DNA of 64,000 nucleotides. Origin: Leidyana gryllorum EB-2025a (taxonomy: Eukaryota; Protista; Apicomplexa). The notes beneath the pieces are model-generated. The model was not told where the DNA came from. It saw only the letters and a list, made by a program, of their open reading frames with translations, and searched no databases. The position numbers were made by a program, and so were the translations under genes. Below are positions 55,359-64,000 of this stretch, piece after piece. The DNA is taken from assembly GCA_048772705.1 (NCBI GenBank), contig JBLWGC010000211.1, positions 42,795-106,794 of the forward strand, written 5' to 3'. Positions within the stretch are counted from its first letter, which is position 1, and each line of letters starts with the position of its first letter.

Positions 55359-58097
55359 ATGAGGTGGTGGCCGTGTTTGTTGGGTTTGGCTCGTCTGGTG
55401 AGGGCTCAGGATGAGGAAGAGCCTCAGAATGTGGTTGTGCCCGCGATGGGTCCGGAGATCGAGCTGGTCCTTCACGCCAGACGTGTACGGTTAGACTGGT
55501 TGATGGAATGTGGCATCAAGAGCCCAGTGGTGGAACAGCCGAAGGCCCGGCGTTATCGTGAGCAGACGGGTTGGAAGATCAACCAGAAGGCCTTTGATTG
55601 GTTTGGAGATAACTACGTGATGAAGGGGTACTGGTATGGTCTGGAGGAAGATGGGGCCGAATCGACCTTGAGAGATTTCTATGCGGCTGGCACCAAGCAT
55701 CTGCAGATTCTTGCAAAGGGGTTATTACTCATCAATCAGCTCGTCTCCCATACAGACGGTTTCGTCAAACAGCATTGGCGCATGATCGTTCCCCACATCC
55801 GGGCAGCCATAGTGTGAGTTGGCGAAAAAGGCCTCTAACGACAAGTTTTGTGTCTTCAGCGAACAGGCAGATGCTGTCGCCTTCCCGCGAGACTTGTTGC
55901 CCAACGAGCTCAACAGAAGGGAGGAACCGCTGGGAGCTGAGGCAGCAGTCCCAATGGATGACGACTTTGTGGTGAACGACTACACCATCAACGGCTTCAT
56001 GGGGGACACTTTAGTCCGCACGATGTTCGCAAACTTTGGTGACGAGTATCGCAATCTTCTGGTCCAGAAGAATATGGACAACACACTCGCCAATATCACA
56101 ACGGTTATGCGCACAGCTGCAAGCTTTGCCAATTTCCTCTTGCGCTTCGAAGGCATGCGCGAAAGATATGTTAAGCCGCCTCATCTTAGATATCTCGCAT
56201 ACGTTGATCTGGAGGTAAGCACAATAATCCCACCTCTTACAGCTTCCGCGCGCGCGCGCCTTCACCTCAGAAACGACTGGAAAGTGTGTCCAGACTCCGA
56301 GACGTGGCTGACGAGGCAAGAGGCTGGCCTCTCGATCGTCTTCTCTCAAGATCGGGCGCGGGTGCCTTCGTGTCTGCCGCCCGAGCCCTCACACTCGCCA
56401 CCCAGTCGCTCGAAGATTACTATTCAAAAATGTTCGCCAAGTATGGCGACGACTATCTCGATCTGCGAAACGCCAAAACCGTCGGGGGGCCCATTGTGGG
56501 CGGCGCATTGGCGCCTTCTTCCATAGACAGACGCTTCTCAAAACGCAAATTCAACGCCACAATGCGATCCATTGCCAGAGCCTTCGGCAGAGTCGGTGCC
56601 GACCGACCGGATGGATTGCCATCCAACTTTGTTGTTCCCTTAACTGTCACACCCTCGGTCTGGGTGCGACTTCGTGCCGATCACGAAACTGTTCACGAAG
56701 TAGAGGTCGGCGAGATCCAAGGCGATGTGGCCCTCAGGGTTGGCCCGGAAAGCAAAAAGCGCTTCTCTGCCTATCGCGACCTCATCAAGACCGTGTTTCA
56801 GGAGAATATTGGCCGATTTGTCTATGATACCAAACCAGAATGGCATAGCGCACTACCAACGCGTGAAGGCGCAACCTTCCAAGTCTTCCTCAAAACCGAA
56901 TTGGTTTGCTACTGGCAAAGAAGGACTCTGCGACCACGCATGCTGGAGCTATTATACATCCATATCCCAGGCACGACAACACCAGTCCAGGAAACAATCA
57001 TAGATCCTGAAGCGGAGGCTTGGCTCTTTGTTGCCATCTCCCACGACACCGAAGAGGAATATCACCCTGAAGACCTGCCTGACCGAAGCTACAGATTGCC
57101 TTCAGTTGCAGATATGGACCTTGTCAAAACATATGCTTTGGACTTAGCCGAATCGGCTGGTGTGCAACACCAAATACCCGGACACTTCAGGGATCTGTCA
57201 GATGAAGCCCAATGTCAAGCCGACGCCATGTTGGCCACAGTTAGTGAAAGAATGTCAGCCACAGAGACGTTGCAGTTCAGCAACAAAAAGAAACGCAAGT
57301 TTGCAAACACGTGCGTTCGGTTCCCACCATGGTTCAATCCAAAGGTGCGATGGATGGTCATCTACCCAGTCTGTTTGAACCTCTATCCTAGCGGTACTGA
57401 GATATTCTTCTCGGGTGAAACCAAAGCCTTGACGCCGCCTGCGCCAAATGTGCAGCTCCCCGAAATGAAGGTCCTCAGCAAGTACGAGACTCGAGGCCGG
57501 TCAGAACTGGACAAGGAGCTCAACAAACGAGCGACCAGGTGGAGGAACCATGAAATGCGGATGTCAAATTTCAATTTCCTGCAGCGCGATTCGCGCACAT
57601 ATCACAACCCATACGAGGCACCACCTGAGCCAACAACGACTACGACGGCGGCACCACCACCGAGAGCGGAGGATCACTACGTGGCCAAGTGGCAGGCGGC
57701 ACGACACCACGACCCGGACCTGGCCGAGTTTCGGATTGAGGATGTCGCGCTACCCATCATGGTGGCCCCCCCTTCGACCACGACGAGAGCACCGGAGGCA
57801 GAAAGCAGCAGTACCACTGAGAGCACGACGACGACCACTTCGACTACCACTCCCCCAACAACACAAGCGCCCGTTGTTACGGAGCCTCCGGAGGAAGACG
57901 ATTCTGATTCGCAGCAGGGCAGACTCGCTCCGCGATTCAAAGCTCCTCAGCTTCGACCTCGGCCCATCACCGTCAAGACCAGTTGCTTAGTAGAGAAAGA
58001 ACGGAGCAGCATTCTGCATTTATATGATTTCAGTCGTCCGACATTGGTGGACGAATCTGAGTATCGTAAATGTCGTGCGGATTCTGGATTGGCTTGA
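55359..58097 (+). CDS. Secreted hypothetical protein with a C-terminal Thr-rich stretch
   Basis: Signal peptide MRWWPCLLGLARLVRA; three ORFs linked by short introns near 55813-55859 and 56215-56269. Confidence 0.65.
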
Positions 58098-58119
58098 TAG
58101 GATTGTGAAGAAGGGTCAG

Positions 58120-58673
58120 TCAGGGACTTCTTTGGTCCTCCTCTGTCTTTTTAGACTTGGGTTGCCGATGTTCATGTTTCTTGGCGACTTGTTCAAGATA
58201 GAAGTGATTTTGAGCGCTGATATTCTCTAGTTCGGCTTTGAGTTTCTGTTTGCGGGCCATTTCGCGCATGAACTTGAAGCCAGTGAGGTCTTCCCATTGG
58301 AATTTGTGGAGATACCGGATGCTCCACAATTGATCTCGCCATCGATTACCACACTTTTTGCCTCCGACTGGTTGTCCATTCATAAGATCTTCTGCGAGTT
58401 TGGCGTGTTTCTTCTTCTTGAACTCAATCCAGCCTTCTACGAATCTGACAGTTTTGCGACCTCCCCGTCGTGCACGTTCGGCCGTTTTGCCTGAAGAAAG
58501 AAATGAGAGGGTAAAAGGGAGCGAGCATTGAGCTCACTTTCGTTCTCTGGTCGGAGGTAAACTCGGCCCAGAGGTCCGACCTCTGCGAATATATCGGTTA
58601 CTTGTGTAATGCCCATATAGAGTGGCAATCGGCTCAGGTAGATAACACCTGGCTTGGATGCTGGTTTCTCCAT
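58120..58673 (-). CDS. ESF2: Pre-rRNA processing protein ESF2/ABT1
   Basis: GVIYLSRLPLYM, GRVYL, EGWIEF, MNGQPVGGKK and WSIRYLHKFQWEDL. Confidence 0.92.
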
Positions 58674-58690
58674 TGTGATTCCCGGGCAGC

Positions 58691-58699
58691 AAAATTTTT
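58691..58699. promoter_or_regulatory. AAAATTTTT element in the ESF2 / POL5-like divergent spacer (similar copies at 7529, 12518, 15084 and 38299)
   Basis: Recurrent AATTTT(T) tract close to start codons in an otherwise GC-balanced sequence. Confidence 0.4.
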
Positions 58700-58703
58700 A
58701 GAA

Positions 58704-61700
58704 ATGGAGGGTAGTGCTGAAAGGCTCAGGTTCAAGGACCTCCTTGGTGCTCTTGACGGACTTTTTCGTGTGAGCAACAACAACGAGTGCGAAAGACATG
58801 TCCAAAGCATAGTCACCTACTTAGAGCAGGTATGAGAGAACCGTCAAAATTTGATACTCAGTTTTCTTATGTTAGAGGCGAAGCGACTCATCACTGTCGA
58901 AGGATACCTCTGATGGTGAGGATGAGGCCAACAAGAAGGAACTGATGACCGATCGGCGCGATATGGTCCAGATCCCAGTGCCCAATGCTCCAGTTGTGCA
59001 GAGAGATATTACATATATCATATGGCGTCTGGTAAGGATGTGCCCACAGAGGCAATGCGTCAATATGGCTACTTCAGGTGAACACGTTGGGCTCGACTAT
59101 GCCGCACCTGCGGGAGCAGGCCGTGTTTGCTATGGGATGCCTTTGCAGCCACTTTCTGGAGTCCAAGTTGATCCAACCGAGTGCCATGAAGGCTATCCAT
59201 GAGGCGTGTTGCTCTTTGCTCAAGTTTACCGATCCAGGCGCAGAAGTTGTCCGGTGCCAACGGATAGGATATCTCTGTGCAGCTCGGATCTTATTGGAAT
59301 TGGAGGTCGAGTATTCAGTCGCCGGGGAATCGTTGGTGGACAACGTCTGGGCTCTCACACATGACGCTCCCAATTTCGCCCTGTACGGTGGTGAACTGGC
59401 TGCAGATGTCATGCACAGAGCCATGATGATGTGGCCCACTAAGGTACAATCTAAGGTCGTACCTCTATTGGAAAAGTCTCTGAAAGAGATCTGCAAAGTT
59501 CAGATGTCTCAAATGAGCGACTCTAGTGTGCTCAGCTTCATTCCGCTGGCTCTTCTCGCACTCAAAATCAAGCAGGGGAATCCCACTGACGGCAAATTGG
59601 CTCAGATTTCGCAGTATCTGACGCTTCATTGGAAAGAATTCCTGCGGGGGACAGTGACCGTTGGTATCACTCAATCGAGCGACAGAGGCGTGACTTTGGT
59701 TTCATTGTGGCCCCATCTCTTCTTGGCCTCCATCATTCCCGGTCAAGGAAAGAAGAACACCACGAAAGCCAATCTGAAGCTCCTTTTGCAATCAATCAAC
59801 GCCGTCTGTTCCACCAAAGCCGTCAAGAACACCCTCAAGTTCAATTTTACCGGAATCAGACTCATGATTATGATGTTGGGCTGGACCCGCGTACTCGACG
59901 CGGAGTGCGACAAACACTCCTGGAGCCACGATGTCTTTTGCGAGATTCTCGCCGGAGAAGCTTTCGCGGACGTGCGACAGTTCTGGCTCACATCTTTGGC
60001 CAACAAGAACCAAGCTGGCTTCACTTTGAGTGCCATCATCCTCAGCCTCTTCGAGAAACTGGTCAAAGGCACCTTCCCTGATCCCAAAGACCACTGGAAA
60101 CAGCTCTTGTCAGAAGCCACCGAACTGGAACCGCTACTGCCCAACGGCAACGGTGCTGCAGCCGCGAAGTCGAAGGGTGGCAAGAAACGTAGAAAGGCCA
60201 AGCCTGCTGCCACCGGTGCAAAACCTTTGATTGAGAGCGTCGATGATGTCACCTTTGACCTAGACCCGCTAGGGTGGCTACATATTCTGGAGCACAGCAA
60301 CATTGTTGCCAACGACGAAGCGGTTTATCGCGACGCCTTCATGAAACCACTGGCTCTGCCCGATAACGTCAAAGGCCCAATCTTCGCGACCCTCAATCGG
60401 GAACTGCATCAGAGACACACAAAGGTGTCCTCTCATATTGCCCGCCCCATCATGATTGAGCTCTTCGGACCTGACGTCATTGGACACGACTTCTTCGCCT
60501 CCTTCGTCCTGAGTCCCCTCAAACCAATCGACCCCGCCGTCGAAGGCGCCAACTACCTGGCCATCGAGGATTGCCTGAGCAGTCTAAGACTGCTCGGCAA
60601 AGTTCTTGGACGCTCTTCTCAGAAATGCTGCGTGGAAGGATTGGTCGCGGCTTTCGTTCTTCCCACTCTGGTGGTCTGTGGTATCCAACAGCCACCCACG
60701 GCCAAGGATAACACAATGCCGTGGATGCTGGAAACACTCAAGTCGTTGCCCACGGACATGAAAAAATGGTTCAACCCGCTGGAGGAGACTGCCAACAAGC
60801 TCATCAAGCTCATCACGGAGCAGAGGGAACAAATTGAGACGGACAGCAAGAGGAACAAGTCCTTATTGGCTCCGGCTGCCACCACCTTTGAAGGAATCAA
60901 GGATGCAGTGTGCGCCAAACTCGTCGATCTGATGAATGATCCTATCGCCAAACTCAAATTCCACCTCCGCAGAAGAGACAATAGCGTGGCCGATTTGAAG
61001 CACGTGCTCACCACTGTATCCGAAACACTATATCGGCTCATACAGAACTTGCCCGGATTCTGTCAAAACAAGAAGAAGCCGCAAGAATGGCTCTTGCGCA
61101 TCTTGTCTGAGGAAACCGACGACGCTGTAGCCAAGAAATTCACAATCAACAGTCTGCTAAAGCTCCCAGTCCCCCAAACGAAAGCCACAACCGACACCCT
61201 AATGCAACAGATGTTGTGTTTGCCGTTCCTGGTATACTTAGTCACTGTGGGTGTTGGTTTGGACAAGGATCAGAAGGCTGCTGATGACGTCGTTGACGAG
61301 CTCTTGGTTCCTTTTCTGGACAACATGCGAAGAATGTTCGATGCTGCGCACACGGAAGCGCACGATGAAAATGCACTGATGAACGTCATCTGGAACTTGA
61401 AGCTCGAAGTTCCGGTCCGGTATACGGAGGAGATGCTCGCAATGGTGTCGCAGGGCACTCGGCGGTCCATCACATTCGTCACCAAACTCAACGCGCCCCT
61501 GTCCTTTGCTCAGTCCATATGCGATACCGTTTGCAATAACGTACTGAGGGCAGTGAGCAAACGTAGCGGCGATGGGGACAAAGTGGAGTGGATTGAAGCT
61601 TTGTGGGCTGTGGTGCTGGAGAAGGAGCGGCAGGAGGAACCCGCAAGCGACGATGAAGATGAAATTGAGAAGGAAGATTTGAACTCGGACGAGGAAGATG

Positions 61701-63034
61701 ACGATAGCATGGAGGAACATGCTGACAGTGGAATGGACAGTGACAACACCGCCGCTTCCAACACGACTCCCAAGTCCTCGAAACGCAAACTTGAGGATGT
61801 GACCGAGAACGATGACGAGGAGGCAGCCGGTGCAGCTGAAGGTCAGAAAGAGAGTGACGATGAGGAAGACGAAATCAACATGGAGTCATTGAACAATGCC
61901 CTGGCACACTTGACAGTTGATGAGATGCCTGACGTAGATGACGCTGTGATCCCGATGACTGGTCCCACAGACTTGATTGCTTTGTTGGGTGCTGAGGAGT
62001 CCAAGGAGGAAGCTCTAAAGCGCGAAGCCTTCTTGAAACAGCGTGCGGCTTTGAGCAAGTCTAAGAAACAGGCCGAGCGTAACAAGCTGAATGAGCTGTC
62101 GAACGCACATTCAAAGCGTATTCGTGCTATCAAGACTCTGGAGAGCTACTATAAATGTCAGCTGGAGACTGTGGGTGCTTCGGCCACTACTATGGAAGAT
62201 GCGATTCAGTCCGCTTACCGACTGATGGAACACGTTTGTGACATTTGGGGCGAATTGGTTCGATTATTCCCCAGCCGAACCAGTTTGGCCAAAGAGTACC
62301 AGCGAGATGTTGAGAACATGACAAAGGCCCATTGTACAAAGCTGATGGGTTTGAGCGGTATGTTGCTCAAGCTTGCGACGAAAGTGTGTGAGAAGCGGTC
62401 AGCCAAGGCGGGAAACCGCATAAAGCAGGAAAGCAGAGACACACTGTACAGTAACCTTTTGGTAACGTACACAGCAGGCGTTGAGAGTACTTTGGCACTG
62501 TTGAAAGTTTCAAAAGCGCTCAAAGGTCAGCTTCCTCCTGCCGTTTGGCGACAAGTGGCTCAGTATCTCGACTTGGTGGACCAAACAATGGTCTCGGTTG
62601 TGCCTTCGATGAAGCCTCAGTTGGTGTCTAAGGCCGTCGAGAGTCTGGTGGGTGACGAGGAAGGAGCTCATGCTGAGAACCTGACTAAGATCCTGAGCCC
62701 AGTGGGTGGTCACTTGACGGGGTTGAAATGCAACCGATGCGGTCCCAAGAAAGACGATACGCGGTGCGGAAAATTGGGTGCAGTGGAGGCGGGTGTGATA
62801 GCGGCATTCCAGCTCGAGACAGCGACTCTCGGGGCGACCAGCATCAATCCGGTCAAGCGGACTCAGATCTGTTCACTCTTGCGCGGGGTGCGAGAGGCAA
62901 CACCAAAGCGACTGACCAAAGTGATTGAGGACTCTCTGATAGTGGGCTTGGCCGTAAACGAGCGCGCAAGCCGCGAAGCCATGGGTATCTTTCAACAGAC
63001 AGATTTAGGTGGTTCCACTATGCACACAGCTTGA
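58704..63034 (+). CDS. Large helical-repeat protein, possibly a divergent POL5/MYBBP1A family member
   Basis: Two short 5' introns then a 1318-aa ORF. YIIWRLVNTLGS resembles the YxLKRLIxGL motif, and there is a central acidic tract; similarity is weak. Confidence 0.45.
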
Positions 63035-63071
63035 CATTTTTCTCTCTTTTGGTGACCGCGGCAATTGAGAT

Positions 63072-63836
63072 ATGAGTGACGAACTTCTCATAGCAGTGTT
63101 CCGCGCCAAATTGGCTGAGACTGCTGAACAATATGACGATATGGTGGAGCATTTAGACGGAGTCCTTAGTGAAATAGGGCGGAAAGGAGCCGATGTCGAG
63201 GAAGCTGAGTTGGTCTACAAGGCCTTCCATCGGGCAATTTCGGAACGACGTCATGCTCTACGAGTCATTGAAGCCATGCGGAATACTGAAAGCTCCTCTA
63301 TCTACCACGATTATCACAAAACCGTCTCGGCTGAACTCTCCAAGTTGGCCCTCAGAGGCATCCGCGCCGCCCACGATCTGGCTGCCACTGCCCAGGAGCC
63401 CGACAGCCGAGTACTTCTCACTAAGATGGAAGCCGACCACAACCGATATCTGATCGAAATAGGGCAAAAAGGGGAGAATGTTCGTATCGCCGAGGACTGC
63501 TATCGAAGAGCCCTCAAGATGGCTGAAGACTTTACGGCCGCTCACCCCATCAGACTACAAACTCAACTTGGCCTAATCGTTCTTCTTCAAGAACACATGG
63601 GCAATGTTATGGACGCCCATAGATTAGCGCGGCAGGTCTTGGACGAAGCTTCGGAAGCCGTAGAAGCTTGCCAGGATCAACCTGCCTTCCGGGAATCGGG
63701 TGTTACCCTCCACATGATACGAGGAAGATATCAACAAATGACCCCCCAAGTCAAGCAGAAGCTTGCCAGTAGCCAACCACCCCCCCACCGACCACCCCCA
63801 AGCAGTTCCACCAGCCACGGCATAGTAGCCTATTAG
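63072..63836 (+). CDS. Divergent 14-3-3-like protein
   Basis: RAKLAETAEQYDDMV, KMEADHNRYLIE, AAHPIRL and LARQVLDEA; intronless. Confidence 0.88.
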   Translation: MSDELLIAVFRAKLAETAEQYDDMVEHLDGVLSEIGRKGADVEEAELVYKAFHRAISERRHALRVIEAMRNTESSSIYHDYHKTVSAELSKLALRGIRAAHDLAATAQEPDSRVLLTKMEADHNRYLIEIGQKGENVRIAEDCYRRALKMAEDFTAAHPIRLQTQLGLIVLLQEHMGNVMDAHRLARQVLDEASEAVEACQDQPAFRESGVTLHMIRGRYQQMTPQVKQKLASSQPPPHRPPPSSSTSHGIVAY

Positions 63837-64000
63837 AAAGAATTAGCACCCAGCGGCGCTACAAGATGCGAAAGAAGGTTACCCTGCTGATGACGGATGA
63901 GCTCGACCCTACGAGGAACACACCCGCAATTTCGCTTTAGCAGCAGCCGTTCTGATGATTGAATCTCTTGTGTAGATGGGACACTTTAATGTTTTCTCGC

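Overview
This is eukaryotic nuclear DNA from a very compact apicomplexan, probably gregarine-like. The evidence is short GT-AG introns (mostly about 38-55 nt), an oocyst-wall protein, an alveolin and an alveolate-type Rab1A. I reconstruct about 35 protein genes in 64 kb, many separated by only 7-60 bp. Housekeeping genes include BMS1, NOB1, ESF2, RPC2, SF3B4, PPIL4, CTNNBL1, NSRP1, EMC6, a Yip1 protein, METTL13 and a VTC4-like polyphosphate polymerase. The standout is an intact, gammaproteobacterial-type alanine racemase whose domain has no introns and has lost both catalytic residues (PLP-Lys to Ser, Tyr to Phe). It may be spliced to an upstream His-rich and Cys-string N-terminus, which would make it a domesticated pseudoenzyme. 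Other notable items are a bacterial YbjJ-type MFS transporter, a giant integrin-beta-like vWA/mucin/TM adhesin, an alveolin fused to an unrecognised repeat domain, a pseudo-phosphatase, an atypical 14-3-3, head-to-head ATG pairs only 16-56 bp apart, and two recurring upstream motifs. All gene models were spliced by eye and all family calls come from remembered motifs; no database search was run. I found no rRNA, tRNA, CRISPR array or mobile element.
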